64,000 nucleotides of DNA, taken from assembly GCA_964016885.1 (NCBI GenBank), contig OZ024764.1, positions 15,810,001 to 15,874,000 of the forward strand. The letters are read 5' to 3'. Within the stretch, counting starts at the first letter, position 1. Each line of letters starts with the position of its first letter. Made by a program: the position numbers and the translations under genes. Under the pieces are notes generated by a model that was not told the origin of the DNA, searched no databases, and saw only the letters and a program-made list of their open reading frames with translations. Of the stretch, positions 42,390 through 57,338 are shown piece by piece. Source of the stretch: Eledone cirrhosa (Eukaryota).

Positions 42390-43752
42390 CTATATATCAT
42401 CTGCCTGTCACCCACCTTGTGGACTGTCTCTCTGTTGACCACTGGTCACTGGTCTCTGTCCTCTGAGACATTATATATCATCTACCTGTCACCCACCTTG
42501 TGGACTGTCTCTCTGTTGACCACTGGTCACTGGTCTCTGTCCTCTGAGACATTATATATCATCTACCTGTCACCCACCTTGTGGCTTGTCTCTCTGTTGA
42601 CCACTGACCGCTGGTCTCTGTCCTCTGAGACATTATATATCATCTACCTGTCACCCACCTTGTGGACTGTCTCTCTGTTGACCACTGACCGCTGGTCTCT
42701 GTCCTCTGAGACATTATATATCATCTACCTGTCACCCACCTTGTGGCTTGTCTCTCTGTTGACCACTGGTCACTGGTCTCTGTCCTCTGAGACATTATAT
42801 ATCATCTACCTGTCACCCACCTTGTGGACTGTCTCTCTGTTGACCACTGACCGCTGGTCTCTGTCCTCTGAGACATTCTATATCATCTGCCTGTCACCCA
42901 CCTTGTGGATTGTCTCTCTGTTGACCACTGGTCTCTGGTCTCTGTCCTCTGAGACATTATATATCATCTACCTGTCACCCACCTTGTGGACTGTCTCTCT
43001 GTTGACCACTGGTCACTGGTCTCTGTCCTCTGAGACATTATATATCATCTACCTGTCACCCACCTTGTGGACTGTCTCTCTGTTGACCACTGACCGCTGG
43101 TCTCTGTCCTCTGAGACATTATATATCATCTGCCTGTCACCCACCTTGTGGATTGTCTCTCTGTTGACCACTGGTCTCTGGTCTGTGTCCTCTGAGACAT
43201 TCTATATCATCTACCTGTCACCCACCTTGTGGATTGTCTCTCTGTTGACCACTGGTCTCTGGTCTCTGTCCTCTGTGGCAATATATTTCATCTACCTGTC
43301 ACCCACCTTGTGGCTTGTCTCTCTGTTGACCACTGGCCACTGGTCTCCGTCCTCTGTGGCAATATATTTCATCTACCTGTCACCCACCTTGTGGCTTGTC
43401 TCTCTGTTGACCACTGGTCACTGGTCTCTGTCCTCTGAGACATTATATTTCATCTACCTGTCACCCACCTTGTGGCTTGTCTCTCTGTTGACCACTGGTC
43501 ACTGGTCTCTGTCCTCTGAGACATTATATTTCATCTACCTGTCACCCACCTTGTGGATTGTCTCTCTGTTGACCACTGGTCTCTGGTCTCTGTCCTCTGA
43601 GACATTATATATCATCTACCTGTCACCCACATTGTGGATTGACTCTCTGTTGACCACTGACCACTGGTCTCTGTCCCCTGAGACATTATATTTCATCTGC
43701 CTGTCACCCACATTGTGGACTGTCCCTCTGTTGACCACTGGTCTCTGTCCTT
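42390..43752. repeat. 81-bp minisatellite, ~17 copies
   Basis: Unit tatatcatctacctgtcacccaccttgtggactgtctctctgttgaccactggtcactggtctctgtcctctgagacatta. Confidence 0.95.
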
Positions 43753-43923
43753 CGAGGCATTTTTGCCCACCCCTGTCTTTGACAGCATTCAGCTGTTTTA
43801 ATGGCTGTTCTAGCGATGAGTTTTCTCATTTGTATATGGCCTCAGCTAGATGGCTGGAACAGGTAAAAGAGTAAAAGAGATTTAAATACAGTCTTGCTTC
43901 ATCTTGATCAGAGATAACATTGC

Positions 43924-43980
<57 letters not shown>

Positions 43981-43981
43981 A

Positions 43982-44260
43982 TATCCCAAATTAAGATAAA
44001 TCAAATGAATTTAATCTAAATCAAAATTATGGGTGTCATGCCAGAAAGACATTCATCATATCACCCGCAAAATAAGCTCTAAGATTCTAACAAGTAGGTC
44101 CGAGCATTTTATAATAACTAGAAATTGATTAACATATAAATAAACATGAATAATCACAGGAGATAATTTTTACAAGTGTGTAACCACACATAGCTAGGTA
44201 GGTAACTAAATAAAGTTGACCAGAACTTCAAAAATAGATACCTTATAATATGATTAATCT
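43982..44260 (+). mobile_element. Possible highly decayed Penelope GIY-YIG remnant
   Basis: Broken frames give IKIMGVMP (cf. IKISYSCMP) and NFYKCVTT..*IKLT/NFKNRY (cf. IYKA.VT..YIGLT..FK.RY). Confidence 0.35.
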
Positions 44261-44528
44261 TCCCTGTATATATTCCATTAAAGAAATATATTTCACCAAT
44301 TAATCAGATGGTAAACCACAGAAGTGGATACTTGGATTTTCAACAAGGAAGAATTTTCAGCTATCCGTGTTTACACTTCAAGTTCAAATCAGCGACTGGC
44401 CAACGCGTGTAGTATTTACTAGAAATACACACATCATACTAGCTTCATTCCAGTGGCGTGAATAAGGTTATCGACAACTAGAAACAGAAACTAGAAACTA
44501 TATATATATATGTATATATGTATGTAAG

Positions 44529-44580
<52 letters not shown>

Positions 44581-44585
<5 letters not shown>

Positions 44586-44838
44586 TTGACTAAATAATTG
44601 TTTCTACTTTTGGCACAAGGCCAGCAATTACCCCAGTGTATTACTGGTACTTTATTTTATCGACCCTGTAAGGATGAAAGGCAAAGTTAACCTCGACGGG
44701 ATTTGAACTCAATAATGTTAGTCTGATATGGAAAAAGGAGGAGTGTTGACATACATGTAGGTCAATACTTAGCCCTTTTCAATTGATAGGGTTTTTAAAA
44801 ATCCCCCTTATCAGACTAACTTTATTTAGTCAAATACA
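44581..44838. mobile_element. Small MITE with 30-bp TIRs; left TIR split by a SINE-1 fragment (44599-44710, minus)
   Basis: Right TIR tatcagactaactttatttagtcaaataca; left tgtatttgactaaataat[SINE]aataatgttagtctgata; aataat is duplicated. Confidence 0.7.
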
Positions 44839-45088
44839 GTGTAGGCATATATTCCGGGAAAGGAACCATAAGCAATACTAACATGCTCCTTTAAGAATCA
44901 ACAAATGTTGGTTTGTCCCCCTCACATTTTTAAGGTACACAAGGCCCCTACCTGCTGGTAATTCCAAGCTTCTCAAGCCATGAATCAAACCTTTTACTAA
45001 CTGTTCCCAGTGCCCCAACCACAATTGGTGCCATTTCTGCATCTCTTCTTCTTATTATTATTATTATGCTGTGGATTGTGGGTTATAA

Positions 45089-45262
45089 GGCGGTGGATTG
45101 GCAGTATCGGTAGAGGGTCGGACGCCATGCTTTCCAGCATAGAGTTACGTCCCTTTACGGTCTGAGTTCAAATCCTGCCGCGGTTAACTTTGCCTTTCAT
45201 CCTTACGGGGTCGATAAAATAAAGTACCAGTAATGTACTGGGGGTCCATTTAATCGACTTTC
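45089..45262 (+). mobile_element. SINE family 1
   Basis: Matches other copies. Confidence 0.9.
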
Positions 45263-45804
45263 CTCTCCACCACCACCACCACCACTACACACCACCACCA
45301 CCACTACCAGCACCACTTCCACCACTACCAGCACCACTTCCACACCACCACTACACACCACCACTACACACCACCACTTCCACACCACCACTACACACCA
45401 CCACCACCACCACTTCCACACCACCACTAGTTACCACCACCATCACCACTTCCACACCACCACCAACACCACTACACACCACCACCACCACCACCACTAC
45501 ATACCACTACACACCACCACCACCACCACTACCAGCACCACTTCCACACCACCACCACCACCATCACCACTTCCACACCACCACCACTTCCACACCACCA
45601 CCACATCTGTTGTACTCTATACATACAACCCCCACATCTGTTTCATGTCTTCCTCACATCTGTTTTACATGATACTTTTACACTGAAAAAACCCCAACCT
45701 TCATTTTGGTGTTAAACATCTTCTTTAATTCCATGTATACATATATATATATATATACATATATATACATATATGTATATATATGTATATATATATATAT
45801 ATAC

Positions 45805-45865
<61 letters not shown>

Positions 45866-45941
45866 GTACTTATAACTGAGTGTACAGAAACATACATATA
45901 TATATATGTATATATATATTATATATATGTGTATGTGTATA

Positions 45942-46052
<111 letters not shown>

Positions 46053-46090
46053 GTATATATATACATATATATATATGTATATATACATGT

Positions 46091-46122
<32 letters not shown>

Positions 46123-46154
46123 GTATATATATGTATATATATATATATGTATAC

Positions 46155-46216
<62 letters not shown>

Positions 46217-46235
46217 ACATATATATGCATGTATG

Positions 46236-46327
<92 letters not shown>

Positions 46328-46335
46328 TATAAGTA

Positions 46336-49300
46336 TATCATCATCATCATCATCATCATCATTTTACGTCCGCTTTTCCCTGCTTGCAAGGGTGGGACGG
46401 GTCTTATTCAGCACAGCATCTCTCCACTCGTCACGGTCCCTCGTCATCTCCACCGTGAGCTTCAATGATCTGAGGTCTGTTCTCACCACCTCCGCCCATG
46501 TTTTTCGTGGTCTACCTCTACCACGTCTTCCTTCAACTGGCATTTCCTGGCACTTCTTCACCCATCGGTCATCCTCCATGCGCATCACATGTCCATACCA
46601 CCTCAGTCTCCTCTCCCGTACACTACATTCTATCCCTCTCAGACACAGTTTCTCTCTCAACACATTTATGCTGGGTCGTTCACGCACATTTACACTGCAC
46701 ATCCAACGGAGCATGCTTGCCTCATTTCTCTCCAGCCGTCGCATATCTTCTGCGGTAGCTGCCCATGTCTCACTACCATGCAGCATCGCGCTCCTCACAC
46801 AGGCATCATACAACCGGCCTTTCGTACGCAGGGAGAAACCCTTCTTCGTCAACAGAGGAAGCAGCTCCCTAAACTTCTTCCAACCCGTCCTTATTCTAGA
46901 TACTATGGCCTCGGAACACCCTCCTCCCATGCTAATCTGATCTCCTAGGTACCGGAAGCTATCCACCACTTCTATAGCGCCCTCTCGCATTTGAAAAATG
47001 TGTCTATCAGTGCGACTTCTACTGTCTAATTTCCCTGTACATCTACTGCATACATATTTCTCCCTACCTGTTAGTTTGCCTGCTATCCCGCTACATCTCT
47101 TGTGTACCCAGGACCTACATTGTGTGCATTTTATAGAATTTATGCCAGTTCCTTTTCTGCATATCGAACATGGCCATTTCCCTGACGGAATCAGGGTTTT
47201 GTCCTCTTTTCTACTCATCAACACTTTTGTCTTAGCTAGATTTACTCTCAGTCCTCTTGCTTCCAACTGCTGTTTCCATAGCCGGAATTTATTCTCTAGC
47301 TCCTCTACTGATTCTGCCATAAGAGCCAGATCGTCAGCATAGAGAAGTTCCCATGGACAGCCAGTCTTAAACTCCTCTGTTATGGCTTGGAGGACTATAA
47401 TGAACAAGAGCGGGCTGAGGACCGAACCCTGATGTACTCCTACTTGTATCTGGAATTCCTCACTAAACTCCATTCCTACCCTGACTTTACTGAGAGTACC
47501 TCTGTACAAAGTTTGCACTGTCCTTACAAGCCATTCCTCAACACCCAGCTTCCTTAGGGACCACCAGATGACAGATCGGGGTACCCTATCAAAGGCCTTC
47601 TCTAGGTCAACAAAGGCTAAGTATAGTGGCTTATTCTTCTCTAAGAACCTCTCTTGCATTTGTCTCACCAAGAAGAGGGCATCTGTTGTACTCTTCCCAG
47701 GCACAAAACCAAACTGCATCTCATCTAGTTTGACCCTTTCTCTAATTAGTTGTGCTAGAATCCTTTCTGCCACTTTCATAACCTGATCTATCAGTTTTAT
47801 ACCCCTATAATTGCTCCTCTCCAAAGCATCCCCTTTACCTTTGTAGCAATTTATGAGAATACTGCTGCACCAGTCTTTGGGTATGACACCACCATATATA
47901 GCCTGATTGATTATGCGTGCAACCAGTTTAGTGCCTACGTCCCCTGATGCCTTCAGCATCTCAGCAACTATTCCCGATGGTCCGGCCGCCTTACCATTTT
48001 TCATTTCCCTAATCGCCTCTTGGACCCTATATTCGTCAATCTCAATAGCTGGTCCCTCTGTCGGATCTACCAAGGGTAATTTCTCTCTCTCCCATTCGTT
48101 CTCCACATTCATCAGTCTCTCATAATGACATTTCCAGGCCTCCTTTTTCTGGTCATTCGTGACACTAAGTACACCGGCATCATCCCGGACACATTTATCA
48201 CCAACAACATCCTGATTTGCATTGACACACTGCCTTGCAATGTGGAACACCGCACGCCTCTGATCTTCCCGTCGCAGAACATTGGCAAACCTCCTACTCT
48301 CTGCCTCCCTGCGTGCTAAGTACACCTGACGTCTAGCTTCTCTCTTAGTGGCTGTATATTCTTCCCTACTCCCACCCTTATTCCAAGCCTTCCATGCTAG
48401 TCTTTTGTCTCTAATAGCCTTATCTACACTGCTGTTCCACCACCAGGTCACTCTCTGTCTGGTTGGAGCTCTGCTCCAGCCACAGGTTTCATCAGTAGCC
48501 TTCAGCAAGTTGTCACGTAAGAACTTCCAGTTATTATCTATGTCATACGTCTCTAAATCGTCTTCTTTTTCGTCATATACATCTTGAAGGGCTTTCCTAA
48601 ATTTGAATTTTAGTGAAAGGTCTTTTAGCTTCCAGACCTTTCTTCTCCACACCTTCCTATATGTCTCATTCCATCTCTTGCTTACTGAGATATCACTAAC
48701 AACTAACCTATGCTGTGGGGTACATTCTTCCCCAGGGTATGCCTTGGTATTAGACACTATCTGCCTGTCCCGCTGCCTAACTAGCAGGAAGTCAATCTGG
48801 CTTATGTGCTCACCAGATTTGTAGGTTATTAGGTGATTGGCAGGTTTCTGGAAGTTTGTGTTGCAAATAGTCAATGTACTTGCATCACAAAATTCAAGAA
48901 GTCTCACTCCTTCTTCATTTCTTGAACCGTAACCGTGCCCACCATGTACCCCAGTGTAACCATCCTGGAGCTGTCCAACATGACCATTGAAGTCTCCTGC
49001 TAGCATAACGATGTCTCCGTCCTCTGTCATTGTGGTTGTTTGCAAAAGTTGCTCATAAAAGCAGTCTTTCTCATCTTTGCCTAGGCCTGCTTGGGGAGCA
49101 TAGACCGAGATGATTGTCAGTAGTCTCCTACCTACAACTAATCTAAGCTTAATTATTCGATTACTAACTCGAACTACCTCTATTGTCTTATTGATCCATT
49201 TCTCAGCCAGGAAAATGCCTACTCCCCCTAACCCATCATCCTTACCTACCCAGAATAGCTTATAGCTAAGACGCTTGCCTACGACTAGTCTCGCAGAGGC

Positions 49301-49621
49301 ACCCCTCCATCTCACCTCTTGCACGCAGCACACATCCACCTGCCTTCTCTCCAGCATCTCCGCTATTTCAGCAGACCTACCTCTGAGAGTGCCAACATTA
49401 AGTGTTGCAACTCTGAGATGCGACGTCTTCATATTTTTCTATGCTGTTTTGTTGCTGTGCTGATAAGCTTTTTGGCATTGATACACTGGTTGGATGCCCT
49501 TCCTAACACCAGCGCCACTTTACAGCATGGACTGGGTGCTTTTATTTGTGCCACCAGCACTAGAGAGGATGTCTTACTAGACTCAAGGGCCCTCTCTACC
49601 CCTCCATTTTACAGCATGGTC

Positions 49622-49622
<1 letters not shown>
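46336..49622 (-). mobile_element. Apparently full-length RTE LINE (family A)
   Basis: (GAT)n tail, single intact ORF, and a ~190-bp 5' UTR containing gttaggaagggcatcca; TSD not identifiable. Confidence 0.9.
46364..49432 (-). CDS. RTE-clade LINE ORF: AP endonuclease + reverse transcriptase with a PHD-like finger, 1022 aa, uninterrupted
   Basis: APE motifs [41 protein letters not shown] motifs [49 protein letters not shown]-terminal HGSETW and GRPRKTW. Confidence 0.97.
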   Translation of the reverse strand: MKTSHLRVATLNVGTLRGRSAEIAEMLERRQVDVCCVQEVRWRGASARLVVGKRLSYKLFWVGKDDGLGGVGIFLAEKWINKTIEVVRVSNRIIKLRLVVGRRLLTIISVYAPQAGLGKDEKDCFYEQLLQTTTMTEDGDIVMLAGDFNGHVGQLQDGYTGVHGGHGYGSRNEEGVRLLEFCDASTLTICNTNFQKPANHLITYKSGEHISQIDFLLVRQRDRQIVSNTKAYPGEECTPQHRLVVSDISVSKRWNETYRKVWRRKVWKLKDLSLKFKFRKALQDVYDEKEDDLETYDIDNNWKFLRDNLLKATDETCGWSRAPTRQRVTWWWNSSVDKAIRDKRLAWKAWNKGGSREEYTATKREARRQVYLARREAESRRFANVLRREDQRRAVFHIARQCVNANQDVVGDKCVRDDAGVLSVTNDQKKEAWKCHYERLMNVENEWEREKLPLVDPTEGPAIEIDEYRVQEAIREMKNGKAAGPSGIVAEMLKASGDVGTKLVARIINQAIYGGVIPKDWCSSILINCYKGKGDALERSNYRGIKLIDQVMKVAERILAQLIRERVKLDEMQFGFVPGKSTTDALFLVRQMQERFLEKNKPLYLAFVDLEKAFDRVPRSVIWWSLRKLGVEEWLVRTVQTLYRGTLSKVRVGMEFSEEFQIQVGVHQGSVLSPLLFIIVLQAITEEFKTGCPWELLYADDLALMAESVEELENKFRLWKQQLEARGLRVNLAKTKVLMSRKEDKTLIPSGKWPCSICRKGTGINSIKCTQCRSWVHKRCSGIAGKLTGREKYVCSRCTGKLDSRSRTDRHIFQMREGAIEVVDSFRYLGDQISMGGGCSEAIVSRIRTGWKKFRELLPLLTKKGFSLRTKGRLYDACVRSAMLHGSETWAATAEDMRRLERNEASMLRWMCSVNVRERPSINVLREKLCLRGIECSVRERRLRWYGHVMRMEDDRWVKKCQEMPVEGRRGRGRPRKTWAEVVRTDLRSLKLTVEMTRDRDEWRDAVLNKTRPTLASREKRT

Positions 49623-49656
<34 letters not shown>

Positions 49657-50561
49657 AAACTTATTGACACGACTCACACACTAATACTCATGCATACAAA
49701 CCACAACCACACATACCAACACTCATTCATGCATACAATCACGCACACCACTCACAAACATATATATATATACATATATTACCGACAGTACTGATACAAA
49801 ATCAAAATCAAAGTCAAAATCAAAATCAAAATCAAAATCGTCAAAATCACTATCATGTCAACTGTTGACCTTTCCCAGTCCAGTTCGGCTTGTATATAAT
49901 AACAATAACAATAATAATTGTTTGTTTACGCTGGTAATGGCGGTGGTGGATGGTGTCAGTGTGGTGGTGGTGGATGGTATCAGCGTGGTGGTGGTGGATG
50001 GTCAGTGATGGTGGTGGCAGTTGTTGGTGCTGTAGTTGTTATTGTAGTTGTTACTGTTGTTGTTGTCCATTTCACTGCTGCTGTTGCTGCAGACAATGGT
50101 GTTGATGCTGTTATTGCTGTCGCATATATACAAATACATACACACACATTCAACACAGACGATGGTGTTGTTGCTGTTGTTGTTGTTGTTGGTGGTGTTG
50201 CTGCTGTTGTTGTTGTAGTTGTTGCTGTGTTGAAATCTGGTCGCATCCACTGAGATATACATATACACACACATACACATATGTATATACACATACATAC
50301 ATCAAAAGAGAGTCAGCAGTATGTCAACAGGGGACAGGACAGCGACCTTAGAGTAATGTGGTGATGGTGGAGAGCGAGTGTAGGCGTTATTGTTAGTGTG
50401 GTGACGGGGGGGGGGGGGGTCAGTGAGATGTTACAAGTTCATAGATCACTTCTCTCTTTTCCTCTCTCTTCAAAATTTTGAATTGATGGCCTTTTGTAAT
50501 GGCGGACAAGTATATATAATATATATATATGAAGCAAAGAAAAGAAAATTTTCACTGATAT

Positions 50562-50858
50562 GAAAGATTTCCTGGTAGAAGTTCAGGTGTATTCAGTAAT
50601 TGGTATCCAGTTTCGGGGTATCCAATTAGAAAATCCAACGAATCTTTAAGAGGGGTCCACGCAACCATTGATATATATATCTATATATGTAAAATGCAAG
50701 CAGAAATGACAACGAAAGATTTCCTGGTAGAAGTTCAGGTGTATTCAGTGTTGGTATCCAGTGTTAGGGTATCCAATTAGAAAATCCAACGAATTTTTGA
50801 GAGGGGTCCACGCAAGCATATATATAGATATATGCAAAATGCAAGCAGAAATAACAAC
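50562..50858. repeat. ~150-bp diverged direct duplication
   Basis: gaaagatttcctggtagaagttcagg...aaaatgcaagcagaaat.acaac occurs twice. Confidence 0.85.
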
Positions 50859-51294
50859 ACATATACTAATGAACATACATTAAACACAGAGGGACTGTAA
50901 ATGATAATAGCAATATCTAGATATAAATATATAAATGTACATATCTCTATTGGTCTCATAAATTTTAAATTTTTTTTTTTCCTCTTTCCTCTTGTGTGTG
51001 TGTAGCAACACGTGGTTGTGTGTTGCTGCTGACTCTAGCAGAGCCCAAGAAAACACGTCTTGCCCTAATATATATACATATATATATATACATATATATA
51101 TGTCACTGGACCGAGATCTTTGGCGCTACACAGTAATAGAGAAGACCCGCCTTACCTAAGTACAAATATATATATCTGTATATATGGTCCCCCCCCCCCG
51201 TACCTCCTGATAGAGTCGTGGGGGTGGGATATTGACAGACAGCATGTGTCGGACATTTTTAAACCTGGCCGAGCCCATCACTCTCCAAGCATAT

Positions 51295-51328
<34 letters not shown>

Positions 51329-51510
51329 CCGTTTAACATCCATCTTCCACGCTAGCATGGGTTAGATGGGAATTATCCCACTTGAGGCAAGATTGGTCAG
51401 GTGACCATGTCTTGATCGTACAGAACTGTCTCTGGCAGGTGTTTTTACAACTGGATGCCCTTCCTAACAAAAACCACATTTACAGCGTGGACTGGGAACC
51501 TTTTCACCAT
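51295..51510 (-). mobile_element. RTE-derived 3' module
   Basis: (cat)n tail, ccacgctagcatggg, ctggatgcccttcctaac. Confidence 0.8.
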
Positions 51511-51647
51511 CTCCCCTACCTGTTTATAAATATATATATATGCAATGAAATACCAATGATCGTTGGCAAATCACTGATGAGGGACTAATTTTATAATATG
51601 TAATCCATGTGCAACCATGCAGTATTCTTCTCCCCATATTTTTCATA

Positions 51648-51874
51648 TATATCTATCTGTCTAAGGCGGGTAAAATTCCCCGAGATCCATGGACGAGTTC
51701 TCTCCAGCGGTCTCTGTCCCTCATTATCGCTGCCATGTCCTGCGTCTCCAACAGACCAGTGTCTGTCCTTAGGGCATCAACATACGTTAACCTTGGTCTT
51801 CCTCTTCCAGTGTGTCCATGTAGGGGCTCCCAAAGGAGCACTGAGTGCAATGTCAACTCTGGATGTCGGTGAGC

Positions 51875-51876
<2 letters not shown>
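51648..51876 (-). mobile_element. RTE-X-like LINE 3' end (same family as 1-1660)
   Basis: [32 protein letters not shown]; (TAGA)-like tail. Confidence 0.9.
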
Positions 51877-51909
<33 letters not shown>

Positions 51910-52034
51910 GTAATAATAATAATAAATGTGAAGACTAAAATCAAAAGAGGGCTCGATAAGGATTATATATATCAGAAAATCCCATTAAGGGTGAAAGCAG
52001 CGATTCTTTGCTTAAACTTTAATCTGTTATTTTA

Positions 52035-52074
<40 letters not shown>

Positions 52075-52166
52075 GTTAACATATACATAAAGTTATAGAT
52101 ATATACATGTTGCAACTGGTCACTTTTAAGCTCTATGAATAATTAATAAATTAAAAAATCAGAGCA

Positions 52167-52237
<71 letters not shown>

Positions 52238-52469
52238 TATATGCAAGAGATGTCAACATGAATGGAACTGTTATTTTTATCTATCTAAGGACATCTTTTC
52301 CAATTCCATCCCTGCCCGTCCCCTCAATCTATCTTATTTCTCATTCTTTCTTCTGATGAAGGACTAGCGTCCAAAACGTTGAGACCCTCTTCTTGCTATA
52401 TCAAGTGTTAACCTTATATATGCCTTCCATATACTGTACCGATTGTGTTGTTACTTCTGTTTACCTTTT

Positions 52470-53770
<1,301 letters not shown>

Positions 53771-53779
53771 ATATACACA

Positions 53780-54012
53780 CATCATCATCATCGTTTAACG
53801 TCTATCTTCCACTCTAGCATGGGTTTAGACGGGAATTGTCCCACTTGAGGCAAGATTGGTTGTCTTGCTCGTATAGGAGTGTCTGGCGGGTTTTCTACGG
53901 CTGGATGCCCTTCCTAACACCAACCACGTTTACAGTGAGTGCTGGGAGGTTTTTACCGTGTTGCCTACACGGCCACATTACAGCGTGGACTGTGTTTTTT
54001 TTTGTTGTGACA
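53780..54012 (-). mobile_element. RTE family-B 3' UTR module
   Basis: Reverse complement of ~16370-16660. Confidence 0.85.
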
Positions 54013-54272
54013 AAAGTCAGCTCAAAAGTGACAGAGAGGAGACTGAGGTTAGCTGGACATGCTCACCGACATCCAGAGTTGACACTGCACTCAGTGCTCC
54101 TGTGGCAGCCCCTACATGGACACACTGGAAGAGGAAGACCAATGTTGACATATATTGATGTCCTAAGGACAGACACGGGTCTCTTGGAGATGCAGGACAT
54201 GGCAGCTATAATGAGGGACAGAGACCGCTGGAGAGAACTCGTCCATGGATCTCGGGAATTTTACCTGCCCTA

Positions 54273-54311
<39 letters not shown>

Positions 54312-54492
54312 ACACACTGCATGGACACACTGGAAGAGGGAGACCAAGGTTAACATATATTGATGCCCTAAGGACAGACACTGGTCTCTTGGAGACGCAG
54401 GACATGGCAGCGATGATGAGGGACAGAAAACACTGGAGAGAACTCATCCATGGATCTCGGGAATTTTACCCTCCCTAGATAGATAGATAGAG
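54013..54492 (+). mobile_element. Two tandem RTE-X-like LINE 3' ends
   Basis: RRLRLAGHAHRHPE..LLWQPLHGHTGRGRP; second copy 54312-54492 ends in (taga)n. Confidence 0.9.
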
Positions 54493-54596
54493 AGCTACAG
54501 TTGTCCATTTGACAGGATTCTGCATAGTTTCTGCCTACCCAATTCATCTCAGAAGGCTGGGGTTGCCCAAGATTCCATGCAATAGAATTAAACCCT

Positions 54597-56365
54597 TGAC
54601 ACATGTCTGTGGTTAGGGCATTGGGCTTGAAATCAGAAGGTTGTGAGTACCGGTTGTTACATTGTGTCCTTGAGCAAGACACTTTATTTCACATTGCTCC
54701 AGTTTACTCAGCTGTAGAAATGAGCTGTGATGTCACTGGTGCCTAGCTGTATTAGACATTGCTTTTCCCTTGGACAACATATAGAGTATATATATAGTAT
54801 ATATAATTGTTTCTACTTTTGGCACAAGGCCAGCAATTACCCAGTGCATTACTGGTACTTTATTTTATCGACCCCGTAAGGATGCACTAATGCCAAGCTG
54901 TATCAGCCATTGCCTTTCCCTTGGACATCATATATAGTATATATATAGTATATATAATGTATATACAGTGTATATATGAGCTGTGATGTCACTGATGCCA
55001 AGCTGTGTCAGCCATTGCCTTTCCCTTGGACATCATATATAGTATATATAATGTATATACAGTGTATATATGAGCTGTGATGTCACTGATGCCAAGCTGT
55101 GTCAGTTCTTGCCTTTCCCTTGGACATCATATATAGTATATATAATGTATATACAGTGTATATATGAGCTGTGATGTCACTGATGCCAAGCTGTATCAGC
55201 CATTGCCTTTCCCTTGGACATCATATATAGTATATATAATGTATATACAGTGTATATATGAGCTGTGATGTCACTGATGCCAAGCTGTGTCAGCCATTGC
55301 CTTTCCCTTGGACATCATATATAGTATATATAATGTATATACAGTGTATATATGAGCTGTGATGTCACTGATGCCAAGCTGTATCAGCCATTGCCTTTCC
55401 CTTGGACATCATATATAGTATATATAATGTATATACAGTGTATATATGAGCTGTGATGTCACTGATGCCAAGCTGTGTCAGTTCTTGCCTTTCCCTTGGA
55501 CATCATATATAGTATATATAATGTATATACAGTGTATATATGAGCTGTGATGTCACTGATGCCAAGCTGTGTCAGCCATTGCCTTTCCCTTGGACATCAT
55601 ATATAGTATATATAATGTATATACAGTGTATATATGAGCTGTGATGTCACTGATGCCAAGCTGTGTCAGTTCTTGCCTTTCCCTTGGACATCATATATAG
55701 TATATATAATGTATATACAGTGTATATATGAGCTGTGATGTCACTGATGCCAAGCTGTGTCAGCCATTGCCTTTCCCTTGGACATCATATATAGTATATA
55801 TAATGTATATACAGTGTATATATGAGCTGTGATGTCACTGATGCCAAGCTGTATCAGCCATTGCCTTTCCCTTGGACATCATATATAGTATATATAATGT
55901 ATATACAGTGTATATATGAGCTGTGATGTCACTGATGCCAAGCTGTGTCAGTTCTTGCCTTTCCCTTGGACATCATATATAGTATATATAATGTATATAC
56001 AGTGTATATATGAGCTGTGATGTCACTGATGCCAAGCTGTGTCAGCCATTGCCTTTCCCTTGGACATCATATATAGTATATATAATGTATATACAGTGTA
56101 TATATGAGCTGTGATGTCACTGATGCCAAGCTGTGTCAGTTCTTGCCTTTCCCTTGGACATCATATATAGTATATATAATGTATATACAGTGTATATATG
56201 AGCTGTGATGTCACTGATGCCAAGCTGTGTCAGTTCTTGCCTTTCCCTTGGACAACATTGGTGGCGTGGAGAGGTGAGCCTGGTATGATTGGGTGACTGG
56301 TGGTCTTCCACAAACAACCTTGCCCCAGTCTTGTGCCTCAGAGGGGAACTTTCTAGGTGCAGATG
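54597..56365 (+). mobile_element. CORE-like SINE variant containing a SINE-1 fragment (54805-54885, minus) and a 94-bp minisatellite (~14 copies, 54885-56253)
   Basis: Head and core at 54597-54725. Unit gagctgtgatgtcactgatgccaagctgtgtcagccattgcctttcccttggacatcatatatagtatatataatgtatatacagtgtatatat. The probable SINE tail resumes at ~56250. Confidence 0.8.
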
Positions 56366-57004
56366 GTCATTGGTGACCAAATGAGTGGCTGCCAACTCGT
56401 TTTCGAGTACGGCCACTACTTTATATCCATGTAGGAGAACCCCTACCGATGCGCTGAACGAGTGTGACTTTTTAGTCCAGCCAACGACTTGAAAACTCTG
56501 GTACAAACACTACACTTGTGACAATTATTGACACATAGTGCTGGGCCCATGGTACCATGTGACGACAAGTGCAGAGAGATCTCCAGATATAAAGCAATGC
56601 CTGTGTCGTGAAGCTTTTATAGTGAGCAAAGGCACTGCACAAAGCCAGTCCCACTCTCTTAACCAAGATGATATTTACCAAAAAGAAGAACAAGTCAACA
56701 TCATTGGATACCATCAGAGTTGCAGGTGTTATATCAGAGTTTTCCTTCTCCTAGAATTCTGCCTTGACAAAGGCTAAGGGGTCATCTCTCCCGGTGATTT
56801 TGGATGGCTATTGACTCTTAAGAGCTCCTTTGTCCTTTGACAGGTTTTGTTTTTAGTCCTGCAGGATGTCCAAAGTCACCCTCCTCACCAAGAAACCTTG
56901 GTGGGGTTGCCAGTTTAGTCGCCAACGACCCGACCATGAGACAGGTTGTACTGGGATACATGTTACCAGTAGCACCAACTGCCAAATATACTATACATAC
57001 ATGC

Positions 57005-57044
<40 letters not shown>

Positions 57045-57168
57045 GCATGAATGTATAGTATATTTGGCAATATACTGTATGTTTAATTAAAAACATTTAG
57101 AAGACCATTCGCTATTGGTTTTAAAGTAGTGACTATGTCATGTATATATATATATATATGTATATATA

Positions 57169-57205
<37 letters not shown>

Positions 57206-57290
57206 CATCATCATCATCGTTTAACGTCCATCTTCCACGCTTGCATGGGTTTGGAATATATATACCTGTATATATGTATATATATATATG

Positions 57291-57334
<44 letters not shown>

Positions 57335-57338
<4 letters not shown>

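Noticed and set aside
50562-50858. Hammerhead in the 150-bp duplication (minus strand CUGAAUA..GAAA)
   Set aside because: G8 is missing in both copies and the stems are out of register; kept only as a direct repeat
56117-56800. 129-aa and 80-aa ORFs
   Set aside because: They span satellite, SINE tail and probable decayed LINE 5' sequence; no domain signature
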